Below are positions 1 through 18,592 of a stretch of DNA of 64,000 bases, piece after piece. The DNA is from the human T2T-CHM13v2.0 reference genome, Homo sapiens, in assembly GCF_009914755.1 (NCBI RefSeq), contig NC_060930.1; one strand, written 5' to 3'. Positions within the stretch are counted from its first letter, which is position 1. Each line of letters opens with the position of its first letter. A program made the translations under genes and the position numbers. The notes beneath the pieces were generated by a model. That model was not told where the DNA came from. It searched no databases and saw nothing but the letters and a program-made list of their open reading frames with translations.

Positions 1-95
1 TGAAAAGCCGCTTCTGAAACTGATTGGGCAACAGTCACTTTGAAAGTTGGAATGATACGAGGTGATAAACCCCATGTTGTCTGTGGCTTCCTCAG

Positions 96-266
96 ACCAA
101 AGATTGCAATGTGATATCCTCCAAGCTGATGTTCCTGTTGGATGACCTGCTCTGGGTGCTGACTGACTCACAGCTCAAGGCTATGATGAAGTATGCAGAG
201 TCACTGAGTGAAGCCATGGAGAAGTCAGCCCATCAAAGAAAGAGCCTGGCCCCTGAACCTGTGCAG
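96..266 (+). CDS. BLTP3A: BLTP3A/UHRF1BP1 internal coding exon (probably exon 7 of 21), TKDCNVISSKLMFLLDD...APEPVQ
   Basis: ttcctcag| acceptor, CAG|gttaga donor, 171 nt phase 0/0; peptide recognised as UHRF1BP1. Upstream exons lie outside the window. Confidence 0.93.
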
Positions 267-957
267 GTTAGAGATAAAACAGACACCCTTAGTGGGGCTA
301 GGGACTCAGTAGGCCAGACCTAACTCATACTAATGTAGGTGGAATCTAGACTTTATTTGGGAAATTTGTCATTTACTTCTGGGTATTCATAGGCTTTGCC
401 TGCACCTCTGATTTTTTATTTATTCTGTTCATTGGGTACCTCCAGTGTATTAAGTATACAGTGCTGGCCACTGGAGAAGAAAAATGGAATACACCTCTTG
501 TTCCTGTCCTTGGGGCTCTCACTGTCTTGAAAGATGGACCATAAATGAATTATTACAGTATGGTGTGATAAATGCTGTAATAGAATAAACAATATGCCAT
601 GAGAGCACAAAGAAGAGGCATCTCACTACATAGGCTGAAAGAGAGCATTTAGGGAAGACGTCCTAGAGGAAATGTTTTAGCATCAGTCCACTAAGACCTG
701 GTGGGCGAGAGCTGGGAGGGCAATTCAGAACTATGAACTGTATTCCAGCAGTTATTAGACTAATTATAATTAGGCTTTTGGAGTTTGGGTTATATAATTG
801 AAACGGACCTAAGTGAGCTACTAGGCCAACAGTTGTGAGAGGGAAGGAACATCTTGCTAAACTGTGGTTTTCTTCAGGCTGGACCAAAGCTTAAAGAAAG
901 CCTACAAAGGATCTTTTCAGGGTCTGGACTTCCTGTTTCTCTCTCTGTCACATGTAG

Positions 958-1150
958 ATCACTCCACCAGCTCCCAGTGCCCAGCAGTCCTGGGCCCAGG
1001 CATTTGGTGGCAGCCAGGGCAACAGCAACAGCAGCAGCAGCCGCCTCAGCCAGTACTTTGAGAAATTTGATGTGAAAGAGTCCTCCTACCATCTGCTCAT
1101 CTCCCGCCTGGACCTGCACATTTGTGATGATAGCCAGTCCCGAGAGCCAG
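958..1150 (+). CDS. BLTP3A: BLTP3A coding exon ITPPAPSAQQSWAQAFGGSQGNSNSSSSRLSQYFEKFDVKESSYHLLISRLDLHICDDSQSREP
   Basis: Pyrimidine tract + tag| acceptor, CAG|gtaccc donor, 193 nt phase 0/1; open in the frame continuing the previous exon. Confidence 0.93.
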
Positions 1151-1324
1151 GTACCCCATGAGGCCTGAGCCTGGGCTGGGTGGTCCACGTCACTGTCTAG
1201 CTCTGGGCAGAGCCTGGGGATGAAGGCTCTTTTCAGAAGACATTGTGGAGTACTTTGGTTGGCTTCCCTTAATCACAGGCATTCCTTGGGCCTCAGCCCT
1301 CCTGTGGTAGCCCTGTTGTTTGAG

Positions 1325-1517
1325 GCAGTGCTGTTCAGTCTTTAGGGTACAGTAGAACCACATGTCATACTTAATAAAATACAGATGTTGGGCCTCTCCC
1401 CAAACACCTCTAAATTAGAGTCTTCAGTGGTAGAGTTCAAGCAGTGTAAACTTTTTTTTCCCCTCACCAAAGTTCCTTAGGCAATCCTGATGCTTATCAG
1501 AGGTTGAAAACGACTAG
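1325..1517. mobile_element. MER5-like hAT DNA transposon relic
   Basis: CAGTGCTGTTCA...AAAATACAGATGTTGGGCCTCTCCCCA...CTGATGCTTATCAGAGGTTGAAAACGACTAG resembles MER5A/B. Confidence 0.5.
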
Positions 1518-3748
1518 GGTGAGATTTTAGGAAAGTAAATTCAACTATAGAAAACCTCAGAATTTGTAGATTTGGGTCAGTTTAAATATTTATTGTGTGT
1601 AAATGTTCTCTTCCCAAGCAAGGTTATGTTGTAATCTCGACATACTTAGAACAACTGCCATTATATATGTGTTTGTATTTATTCAGAATGAAAAAAACTA
1701 ATTGACTGATTGCTTTCCTTTATGAGCCCTGGGGAAACCACTTAATTTTCTGCTTAACCTGTTTGAGTTTCCACATTCGTGAAATTGAGTTAAATGATGT
1801 CTCACTCATTACCTCAAAAGTTGTTGTCAGGCTCAAATGAGCCAATAGGCTGAATTTGGAGGACCTTGATTATAGGCTAATATTAAGTTTTATTACCCTG
1901 CTGCTTGTTTCTTCAAAACTATCTTTGTGTTTCCTTTAAACTCTCCATTGCCATCAGTTCTTGGTTTTTGATGCTTATATATGATATTAAATAGACTTTT
2001 CTCTTGCTGGCTTATCTTCTCTAAAGGCTTTGTTTACCTTATAATAAGATCTAGATTCACTGGCCAGGCACAGTGGCTCATGACTGTAATCTCAATACTT
2101 TGGGAGGCTGAGGTGAGAGGATTGCTTGAGCTTAGGAGTTTGAGACCAGCCTGGGCAACATGGCGAAACCCGTCTCTACAAAAAATTTGAAAATTAGCCA
2201 GAGATCAGCTGCAGTGGGCTCACGCCTATAGTCCTATCACTTTGGGAGGCTGAGGTGGGAGGATTGCTTAAGCCCGGGAGTTTGAGACCAGCCTGGGCAA
2301 TATAGTGAGACTCCATCTCTTAAAAAAAAAATTAGCCAGGTGTGGTGGTGTGTCCCTGTAGTTCTAGCTACTCAGGAGGCTAAGGTGGGAGAATTGCTTG
2401 AGCCCAGGAGCTCAAGGTTGCAGTGAGCCATGATTTGTGCCACTACACTCCAGCCTGGGTGACACAGTGAGACCCTGTTTCAAAAAAAAAATAATCTTGA
2501 AGTGATTTCAACCCTCCTCTACTCTCATTCTGAAAGGAAAGAAAGGAGCAATGACAGTGCAAAGATTGTTTTTTGCCACCACAGGAAATAATTTGCCACT
2601 CACTCATTTTGGAAGTTTGTTACTAAAACAAGTATTATTTTGTTTAGTTATTTCTTCCAAGTGTTACTTAAAGGCTTTGGGTATTTTTTGGTTTGATTGT
2701 TTGTTTAGATTTTGTTTTTAATGCTTTCAGAATTCCTAATTAAGAGTACACAATTCAGAGTTTCATCCTGTCGCTTGATAAGGGATGTTTAGTACTATTC
2801 TCTTCAAGTGCCAGAGTTCTGTAATCCATACTAAGATGTGAATGACTGTAGCTTCACCGTTCATTTATTAAACTATATTGATCTTTTTGGTGGAATTTAA
2901 TGAAGTTTTAGATGAGACATTTTATTTTATTTTTACAATGCAATTATTTATCTTACAAGGAGATTCTGTACATCAGGGAGGCATCTTGAAGTACAATACA
3001 CCAGGCTTTCATTTCTTCTTACATTATGATTGTGAGTTTCCATATAAGTTGGTACTTACATGGAAAGGAAACACAAAATCCATTTTTATATACATAAAAC
3101 AAACACCCAAAGAGACTTGACCCCAAAATGTCTTGTTTCACTTGAAAAGAACATGAATGAGATGAAAGATGAACCAGATTACTTGGTGACACACAGAAGG
3201 CAAACAAGTAGCTCAGGAAATCAAATCCTGTTTCAAGCTTGGCACATTAAGGGTAAGAAAGGTAGTGAAAGAAGGGTTTGAAAATATCATCTCAAGCCAC
3301 AAAAAAATGCTGGCAGAAGACAGTCTCCAAACCAATAAGATAGAATGGTTAGAAGAAGTCAAGTTAGAGTTATTGTGTGGCTACCTTATATCCAGACCTC
3401 TAATAGACTGAGTGGAATTGTCACTTCTTTTCCCTCAGTTATCCCAAGTGTTAGTAAACTTCAAGGAGGCTGGGCACGATGACTTACACCTGCAATCTCA
3501 GAACTTTGGAAGGCCAAGATGGGCAGATTCCTTGAGCCCAGGTGTTCAAGACCAGCCTGGGCAACATCGCAAAACCTCATCTCTAAAAAACCACAAAAAT
3601 CAGCTGGGCGTGGTGGCACACACCCGTAGTCCCAGCCACTCAGACTGAAGCGGGAGGATCGCTTGGCAGAGGTTGCTCTGAGCCAAGATTGTGCCACTGC
3701 ACTCCAGCATGGGTGACAGAGCGAGACCCAATCTCCAAAAAGAAATCA

Positions 3749-4090
<342 letters not shown>

Positions 4091-4216
4091 CTACCATACC
4101 CGGGTGTGGTATAGGGGCAGAGATCAGGGAGAGTTCTTGTAACTCTCTGGGATTTGGGGAGAAAGGGGAAGGGAGAACTAGGTAATATAGAAAGGGCTTT
4201 AAGATTTTCTGGAGTT

Positions 4217-6405
<2,189 letters not shown>

Positions 6406-7761
6406 CTCTAGAGACCACTTGAAGGCCACACCTGGATGTTGGAACTGCTGACTAACATGCTCACCTATCCCTGGGTATTAGAGGTGAAATGATCGGAAAC
6501 TGGATGGTTCATTGGGGTCAGCACTGTCTTGAGGTGGGACAGCATTGTCTTGTAAAATCAAACTGGATGGCAAAGATAGAAATAAGGCTTTCCCCAGAAA
6601 ATAAAAAAAGAAAAAAATCAAACTGGAGCTCACATTTCAGTCTTCTGAGAGAAGATTGGTGATTGATGGGGAAGAGAGTACCACCTACTTTTTAACTGTT
6701 TTCTCTTAGGGTAAAGCCTGTTAGCCAAAAACCTTCCTTATTTCTCTTTTTTAAGGGCAGGCTATTCTCTTCCCACTAGTTCACTAGAGAATTTTAGTCA
6801 TTTATATACACTATTTACCATTTATATCTCATATATGATTATGTGTTTACAATTAGATATGTTGATAATTGTTAATTATATTTGATTCCAATTCTACACC
6901 CTACTATAATAAGCTCATTCCATATAGTTTATTGTTCTTTTAGCTCTAAGCAACTCCAGCAGAGGAGGCATTGTTGTGGAACCTTCTTCCTCCAGTAGCC
7001 TAGGTCATGCATTCTCAGCTGAGATAATATCACCCCAAACAGGTGAAAATTGGCTCTTTTCTTTTAAGCTGTATTGAGATACAATCTCACACCATACAAT
7101 TCATCCATTTACAATATATAACTCAGTGTATTTTGATATATTCATAGGGTTGTATAACGATCTCAATAATCTAATTTCAGAACATTTTTGTTTCCCCTAA
7201 AAGAAACCCTGTATCCATTTGCTGTCACTCCCCATTTTGAATCCCTAAGCAACCACTAATCTATTTTTGATATTTGCCTATTCTGGAAATTAAAAATTGG
7301 TTTCGGGGGTGCAGTGGGGATCTTAGATATAACAATCATCTGTGGCCCTCTAAAGCTTAACCCAGCCAGGCACGGTGGCTCACACCTGTAATCCCAGCAC
7401 TTTGGGAGGCCGAGATGGAAGATTGCTTGAGCCCAGGAGTTCTATTTTTTTTTTAATTAAAAAGTAAAAATAAAGTTTAACCTGACTGACAAAATTTTAT
7501 TCCTTAGTACTTAGTTTATCTCATTGAGCAGCACTGACAGTGAGTTCATGGAAGATACACAAAATGTGTGGAAGATCAGTGTTACAAACTATGACAAGTA
7601 GATGGCTGTGGTTAGAGGACTTTCTCTCAATCAGTTGCTCCATCTCAGAGTTATATGGTGAGAGGTGGCTTGCAACTGCCTGTTGCCTGCCATTGGCTGC
7701 TTTGCTAGTGTTACTTATGTTTGATCCTCAGTACTTTTGTGATTTGAACTTTGAGTATTAA

Positions 7762-8004
<243 letters not shown>

Positions 8005-9098
8005 TGAACTCCTGAGCTCAAGCAATCCTTCTGCCTTGGCCTCCCAAAATGTTGGGATTATGGGTGTGATCCACTGTGCCTGGCCTATGTTACTTTTATT
8101 TTTTTTTTGCCCACATATCTATATACAATTCAGAAAATAGTTTATGTTTTATTATTTAATTCTGTAATAGTTATTCAATTCATCATTAAGTTAATCAAGT
8201 GCTGAAAAAATGTTGACACTACTGAATGAGTAATAGTTTAAAAGTTATTTTCTTTTTTCTTTTTAATTTTTATGGGTGATAGGTTATATGTTTATGGGAT
8301 ATATGAGATATTTTCATGCAGGCATACGATACATAATAATCACATCAGGGTAAATCGGTTATCTATCACCTCAAGCATTTATCATTTATTTGTGTTACAA
8401 ACATTCTAATTTTACTCTTTTAGTTATTTTTAAATGTACAATAAATTATTGTTGACTTAGGTTGCTTCCAAATCTTGGCTATTATGAATAGTGCTGCAGT
8501 AAACATGAGAGTGCAAATATCTCCTGGGCATACTGATTTCATTTCCTTTGGATAAATATCCAGTAGTGGGATTGCCTGATCATATGGTAGTTCTATCTTT
8601 AGTTTTTTGAAGAACTTCCATACTGTTCTCCATAGTAGTTATACTAATTTACATTCCCACCAACAGTGTCCAGGGGTTCCCTTTTCTCTACATCTTTGCC
8701 ACCATTCATTTTTGCGTGTCTTTTGGATAAAAGCCATTTTTACTGGGGTAAGATGACATCTCATTGTAGTTTTATTTTGTTTTTGTTTTTGTTTTTGTTT
8801 TGAGATGGAGTCTCACTCCATTGCCCAGGCTGGAGTGCAGTGGCGTGATCTTTGCTTACTGCAAGCTCCGCCTCCCAGGTTCACACCATTCTCCTGCCTC
8901 AGCCTCCTGAGTAGCTGGGACTACAGGCGCCTGCCACCACGCCCGGCTAATTTTTTTTGTATTTTTAGTAGAGACGGGGTTTCACCATGTTAGTCAGGAT
9001 GGTCTCAGTCTCCTGACCTTGTGATCCACCCACCTTGGCCTCCCAAAGTGCTGGGATTACAGGCGTGAGCCACCAAACCCGGCCTGGTTTGTTTTTGA

Positions 9099-9227
<129 letters not shown>

Positions 9228-10388
9228 TGACCATGACAGACTAATTTTTGTATTTTTAGTAAAGACAGGATTTCACCGTGATGGCTAGGCTGGTCTTGAA
9301 CTCCTGGTTTCAAGTGATCTGCCCGCCTCAGCTTCCTAAAGTGCTAGGATTACAGGCATGAGCCACTGTACCCAGCCTCATTGTAGTTTTGATTTTCATT
9401 TCTCTAATGATCCATGATATTGAGCACTTTTTCATATGCCTGTTTGCCATTTGTATGTCTTCTTTTGATACATGTCTATTCAGGTCTTTTGCCCATTTTT
9501 AATTGGATTATTAGATTTTTTTTCCTGTTAAATTCCTTATTTAGTCTAGTTATTAATCCCTTGCCAGATGAATAGTTTGCAAATGTTTTCTCCCATTCTG
9601 TGGGTTGTCTCTTCACTTTGTTGATTGCTTCTTTTTCTGTGCAGAGGCTTTTTAACTTAATGTCATCCCATTTGTCCATTTTTGCCATGGTTGCTTGTAC
9701 CTTGGGAGCATTACTCAAGAAATCTTTGCCCAGACCAATGTTGTGGAGAGTTTCCCCAGTGTTTTCTTGTAGTAGTTTCATAGTTTGAGGTCTTAGACTT
9801 AAGTCTTTAATCCATTTTGATTTGATTTTCATATATGGCAAGAGATAGGGGTCTAGTTTCATTCTTCTACATATGGATATCCAGTTTTCCTAGAACCATT
9901 TATTGAAAAGACCATCCTTTCCCCAATGTATGTTCTAAGTACCTTTGTCAGTAATGAGTTCACTGTAGATATAGATGTATGGATTTGTTTCTGAGTTCTT
10001 TATTTTGTTCCATTGGTCTATATGTCTGTTTTTATGCCATGCTGTTTTGGTTATAGCACCGTAGTATAATTTGAAGTCAGGTAACGTGATTCCTCCAGTT
10101 TTGTTCTCTTTGCTCAGCTGGCTTGGCTATTCTGTTTTTGTTTGTTTGTTTGTTTGTTTGTTTTTTGTGGTTCCATGTACATTTTAGGATTACTTTTCCC
10201 ATTTCTGCGAAGAATATCATTGGTATCTATTTTTGTTTTGAGACAGGGTCTTGCTCTGTTGCCCAGGCTGAATTGCAGTGGTACAATCATGGCTCACTGC
10301 AGCCTCAACCTCCTGGGCTCAAGTGATCCTTCCACTTCAGCCTCCTGAATAGCTGGGACTATAAGTGCACACCACCATGCCTGGCTAA

Positions 10389-10523
<135 letters not shown>

Positions 10524-10827
10524 TGAGTAGCTGAGACTACAGGCGCCCACCACCACGCCTGGCTAATTTTTTGTATTTTTTAGTAGAGACGGGGTTTCAG
10601 CGTGTTAGCCAGGATGGTCTCGATCTCCTGACTTTGTGATCCACCAGCCTCGGCCTCCCAAAGTGCTGGGATTACAGGCGTGAGCCACCGCGCCCGGCCT
10701 AATTTTTAAATTTTTTATAGAAATGAAGTCTCCCTATGTCACCCAGTCTGGAGTTGTTGGTATTTTGATAGGGATTGCATTGAATCTGTAGGTTGCTGGG
10801 GTGGTATAGGCAATACGGATTCTCTAA

Positions 10828-11112
<285 letters not shown>

Positions 11113-12764
11113 TAGCTAATTTTTGTATTGTTAGTAGGGATGGGGTTTCACCATGTTGGCCAGGCTGGTCTCGAATTCTTGACCTCAAGTGATCCACCTG
11201 CCTTGGCCTCCCAAAGTACTGAGATTACAGGCATGAGCCCAGCCCTCCTCAGTTTCTTGTGTCAGTGTTTTATAGTTTTTGTTATAGAGATCTTTCACTT
11301 CTCTGGTTAAGTTTATTCCTATAAACTTAGGAATTGTAAATGGGGTTACTCTCTTGATTTCTTTTTCAGATTGTTTGCTGTTGGCATATTGAAATGCTAC
11401 TGATTTTTGTGTATTGATTTTATATCCTGCAGCTTTACTGAATTTGTTTATTGGTTCTAATAGTTTTTTGGTGGAGTCTTTAGATTTTTTCAAATATAAG
11501 AGATCATATCATCTGCAAACAAGGATAATTTGACTTCTTCCTTTCCAATTTGGATACTCTTTATTCTTTCTGTTGTCTAATTGTTCTAGCTAGGACTTCC
11601 GGTACTATGTTGAATAACAGTGGTGAAAGTGGGCATCCTTATCTTGTTCCAAATATTACAGGAAAGGCTTTCAGTTTTCCCGCATTGAGTATGATAATAG
11701 GTACAGGTCTGTTGTATATACATTTTGTTATGTTGAGTTATGTTCCTTCCATACAGTTTTTTGAAGGTTTTTGTCATGAGGGATGTTGAATTTTATCAAG
11801 TGCTTTTTCAGTATCAGGTAAAATGATCATATATTTTTGTTCTTCATTCTGTGATATGTTGTATCTTATAGATTGATTTGCATATTTGGATCATTCTTGA
11901 ATTCCTGGGATAAATCCCTGTTGGTCAGGATATATGGTCTCTTTAATGTGTGGTTGAATTCCATTTGCTAGTATTTTTTTGAGGATTTTTGCATCAGTGT
12001 TCATCAGGAAGATCGGCCTGTAGTTTTCTGTTTTCTTTTTCTTTTTTTTTTTCCAAGAACACTTTCATGTAGGAAGTTTTCTTTTTGATGTGTCTTTGTC
12101 TGATTTTGTTATCAGGGCATACTGGCTTCATAGAATGATTCTGGAAGTATTCCTCCTCTATTTTTTGGAATAATTTGAATAGGATAGGTATTAGTTCTTC
12201 TTTAAATGTTCGGTAAAATTCAGCAGTGAAGCTGTTGGGTCCTGGGCTTTTCTTTGCTGGGAGACTTTTTATTATACCTTTGATCTCATTACTTGTTATT
12301 ATCTATTCGGGTTTTGGATTTCTTCATGGTTTGATCTTAGTAGGCTGTATATAGCTAAGCATTTATCCTTTTCTTCTTGGTTTTCCAATTTATTGCTCAT
12401 GGTAGTCTCTACTGATTTTTTGAATTTCTGCAGTATTGGTTATAGTGTCTCCTTTTTTGTCTCTGATTTTATTTATTTGGGTCTTCTCTCTTTTTTCTTA
12501 GTCTGGGGAAAAGTTTGTCAATTTTGTTTATCTTTTCAAAAAAACTTTTCCTTTTGTTGATCTTTTCTATTGTTTTTTTTTCAATTTCATTTATTTCTGC
12601 TTGATCTTTAGTATTTATTATTATTTATTTTCTTCTATTAATTTTGGATTTGGTGTCCTTGCTTTTCTAGTTCTTTAAGATGTACCATGAGGTTATTTAC
12701 TTGAAATTTTTCTACTTTTCTTTTTTTCCTTTCTTTTTTTTTTTTTTTTTTTTTTTTGAGATAG

Positions 12765-12956
<192 letters not shown>

Positions 12957-13140
12957 TGAACTCCTGGACTCAAGGGATCTGCCTGCCTTGGCCTCCCAAA
13001 ATGCTAGGATTATAGGCTTGAGCCCGGGAGATAGAGGCTGCAGTGAGCTGTGATTGCACCAGTGCACTCCAGCCCAGGCAACAGAGCAAGACCCTGTCTC
13101 AAAAAAAAAAAATAATAATAATCAATCAATCAATCAATCA

Positions 13141-13446
<306 letters not shown>

Positions 13447-13747
13447 CTATTCCGTCTCTTTTTTTAGTTTTAATTTGCATGGAATACCTTTTTCCATCCC
13501 TTTATTTTTCAGTCTATTTGTGTCTTTGTAGGTGAAGTGTGTTTCTTGTAGAGAACAGATCACTGGGTTTTGTTTTTTAATGCATTCAGCCATTCTGTGT
13601 CTTTTGATTGGAGTGTTTAGTCTATTTACATTCAACATTATTATTGATAAGTAAGGACTTGTTCCTGTCATTTAATTTGGTTTCTGGCCTTCTTTTCCTT
13701 CTGACTTTCTTTCCTGTCTTCCTTTCTGTGAAGGCGATTTCCTCTAG

Positions 13748-14053
<306 letters not shown>

Positions 14054-16531
14054 TGATCCACCTGTCTTGGCCTGCCAAAGGACTACAGGCATGCACCACC
14101 ACAACTGGCTAATTATAGGCGTGAGCCACTGTGCCCAGCCAGTTTTTTTTTTTATTTGAAATTACGATGAGGCTTACAAATAACATCTTATACCCCATTA
14201 TTTTAAACTGATGACAACTTAACACTGATTACAAAAACAAACCAACTAACAAACAAGCAAAGAGGAAATTAACAAAAACTCTAATTTCATCTCCCTGGTT
14301 TTTAACTTTTTGTTGTTTTTCTATATATTTTATTATACCGTCTATGTCTTGAAAAGTTATTGTAGTTATTTTTGATAGGCTCATCTTTTAGTCTTTCTAT
14401 TCAAGATATGAGTAGTTCATACACCATAATCACAGGGTTATAATATTCTGTGTTTGTCTCTGTAATTATTATTTCCAGTGAGTTTTATACCATCAGATGA
14501 TTTCTTATTGCTCGTTAACGTCCTTTTCTTTCAGATTGAAAGAACTCCCTTTAGCATTTCTTATAGGACACATCTGGTGTTGATGAAATCCAGTTTGTTT
14601 GCAAAAGTATTTCTCCTTCATGTTTGAAGCATATTTTCATGGATATACTATTCTAGGATAAAAGTTTTCTCCTGGTCCTGCGCAGTGGCTCATGCCTTTA
14701 ATAATCCCAGCACTTTGGGAGGCTGAGGCAGGCGGATCACCTGAGTTTGGGAATTTGAGACCAGCCTGACCAACATGGAGAAACCCTGTCTCTACTAAAA
14801 GAAATACAAAATTAGCCGGGTGTGGTGGTGCATTCCTGTAATCCCAGCTACTCAGGAGGCTGAGGCAGGAGAATCGCTTGAACCTGGGAGGTGGAGGTTG
14901 TGGTGAGCCAAGATCGTGTGCCACTGCACTCCAGCCTGGGTGACAAGAGCAAAACTCGGTCTCAAAAAAAAAAAAAAAGTTTTTTTCCTTCATCACTTTA
15001 AATATGTCATGCCTCTCTCTGCTAGCAGACTGAGAAGTCTGCTGCCAGACATATTGAAGCTCCTTTGAATGTTATTTATTTTCTCTTGCAGCTTTTAGGA
15101 TCCTTTCTCTATCCTTGACTTTTGGGAGTTTGTTTATTAAATGCCTTGAGATAGTCTTCTCTGGATTAAATATGCTTGTATTCTATAATCTTCTTGTACT
15201 TGGATATTGGTATCTTCTCTAGGTTTGGAAAATTCTCTGTTATTATCCCTTTGAGTGAACTTTCTACCCCAATGTCTCCTTCTACCTCCTCCTTAAGGCC
15301 AATAATTCTTAGATTTGCCCTTTTGAGGCTATTTTCTGGATCTTGTAGGTATGCTTCATTCTTTTTTATTCTTTTTTCTTGTATCTCCCCTGATTATGCT
15401 TTTTCAAATAGCCTGTCTTCAAGCTCACCAATTCTTTCTCATACTGGGTCAATTCTGCTTTTGAGACTCTGATGCATTCTTCAGTGTGTCAGCTGATTTT
15501 TTTCAGCTCCAGAATTTCTGCTTAATTTTTTTAAGAGATAGGTTCTCACTCTGTTGCCCAGGCTGGAGTACAGTGGCATAATCATAGCTCACTGCAGCCT
15601 CAAAGTCCTGGGCTCAAGTAATTATCTCACTTTGGCCTTCTGAGTGGCTAGGACTACAGGCATGCACCACCACAACTGGCTAATATTTTTATTTTTTTGT
15701 AAAGACGGGGTCTCACTGTGTTGTTCAGGGTGGTCTTGAACTTCTGACCTCCCATCTCACTTTGCTTTGGGAGCAAAGTGTTGGGATTATAGGCAAGAGC
15801 CACTGCGCCCAGCCTCTGCTTGATTTTTAGAAATTATTTTAATCTTTTTGTTAAAAGATTAGGATAGGATTCCTAATTTTTTCTCTGTGTTATCTTGAAT
15901 TTCATTGAGCTCCCTCAAAACAGCTATTTTGAATTCTCTGTTACTCCAGGTTTGGTCACTGGGGCCTTATTTAGTTCATTTGGTGAGGTCATGTTTTCCT
16001 GGATGGTCTTGGTGCTGGTGGAGGTTCGTTGATGTCTGGGCATTAAAGAGTTAGGTATTTATCATAGTCTTCACAGTCTGGAGTTGTGTTTACCCGTTCT
16101 TGTGAAGGCTTCCCAAGTATTCAAAAGGAATTGAGTATTGTGATCTAAATTTTTGGGCACTGCAGCTGTATCTGCATCAAGGGACACCCCAAGCCCAGTA
16201 ATGCTGTGACTCAGAGGTATTGCCTTGGTGGTCTTGGGTAAGATCAAGAATTCCCTGTATTACCAGGCAGAGCCTCTTGTTCTCTTACTCTCCCCCATAT
16301 AGCAGTGTCTCTCCATGCTAAGCTGCCTGGAATGAGGGGAAGGGTGACACAAGCACACCATGGCCACCACCACTGGTATTGTTCTGGGTTAGATGTGAAG
16401 CCAGCACTATACTGGGTCTCTCCTAAGGCCCATGGTGACCACTGCCTGGCTGCTGCTGATATTCACTCAAGGTCTTCAGTCAGCAGGTGGCAAATCTAGC
16501 CAGGCATGTGTGCTTCCCTTTGGGGCAGTGA

Positions 16532-16888
<357 letters not shown>

Positions 16889-17353
16889 TAAAGCCTGGAA
16901 TCGGGGACCCCAGGAGCCTGCTTTGTACCCTACCCCACTATGGCCAAGCTGGTACCCAGCTGCAAGACAAAGTCCCCTTTTCTCTTCTGTCTTCTTTCCT
17001 CAAGCAGGAGGAGTCTCTCCTTGTGGTCACCACAGGTAAGAGTGCACTGGGTCACACCTGAAGCCAGCACAGCCCGGGGTCTCAACCAAGGCCCATGGCA
17101 AATACTGTCTAGGTGCTGCTCATGTTTATTCAAGGCCCAAGGGCCCTTTAGTCAGCAGGCGATGAATCCTTCCAGGACTGGGTCCTTCCCTTCAAGGCAG
17201 TGGGTTCCATTCTGACCCAGGATCTGTTGTATCTAGAAATGTCATGCGGGAGCTAGAGGCCTACAATGGGGGCCTCAAGACTCTGCCTGGTGCCCTGTTC
17301 TACCATAGTTGAGCTGGTATCCAAATTGCAAGACAAAGTCCCCTGTATTCGCC

Positions 17354-17402
17354 CCTCTCCTCTCCTCTCCTCTCCTCTCCTCTCCTCTCCTCTCCTCTCC
17401 TC
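17354..17402. repeat. (CCTCT)n pentanucleotide microsatellite
   Basis: About 10 tandem CCTCT units. Confidence 0.9.
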
Positions 17403-18315
17403 AGGTGCAAGGAAGCAGTCTCTCCCAGAGCTGCAAACTGTGCTGCATGGGGTTGGGGGAGGGGTGATGCAAGCATTCCTTTGGCTATCCCAGTTGGCAT
17501 CTCAGGTCACTTGCACCCCAAGTCCATTGGCTCTGATCCCAGCATAGCACCAGTAGTTGCTCAGGAATTAACAATCCTTGTGGCTTTTCAAATTTCTTAA
17601 GGATCCTAGAGCACTTTAGCATGCAGTGATGGGGCTAGCCAGAACTCAGGTAATAACCTCTAATAACCTCCGGATGGATGATTCCTCTCTGACTAGGGCT
17701 GGTCTAAATGCTCTGTGGGCACTGGCAGAATTCTGCCCTGTGTTGGCTTTCTGCTGTGACAGCACTGAGTTCCAATGCAAAGTCCCATAATTACTATGAT
17801 GTCTCTCCCCCAAGCACACGGATTCTGTCTGTGCCATGAGGCCACTGCCAGGAGGCTGGGGGTGGGGTGGTGTCAGCAATTCAAAACTGTCTTTTCTACC
17901 TTCTTTGGTGCATCTTTACTTAATATGATGTTAAAACTGGGTACTGTGATCACTCATCTGATTTTTGGTTCTTATGATTTCCTGTGTGGAGAGTTGTTTT
18001 TCGTTTGTGTTTTGCAACAGGGTCTTGCTGCATTGCCAAGCAGGCTGGAGTGCAGTTATGTGATCACGGCTCACTGCGGCAAACTCTCAGGCTCAGGGGA
18101 TCCTCCTGCCTCAGCCTCCTGACTGAGGCTAGGACTCCCGACTGGGACTACAGGCATGCGCCACCATACTCAGCTGTTTTTTTTATTTTTTTGTGGCAGG
18201 GGGAGTGTTTTTGCCCTGTTGCCCAGGCCCACCTCAGCCTTCCAAAATGCTGAGATTACAGGAATGAGCCACCATGCCCAGCCTGGATAGTTGTTCAATT
18301 TGGTGTTCTTGCTAG

Positions 18316-18592
<277 letters not shown>

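Noticed and set aside
864-1061. Poly-Gln ORF (WWQPGQQQQQQQPPQP) and poly-Ala ORFs over the CAG/CAA-rich tract
   Set aside because: Off-frame readings; splice phases show the tract encodes GNSNSSSSR in BLTP3A.
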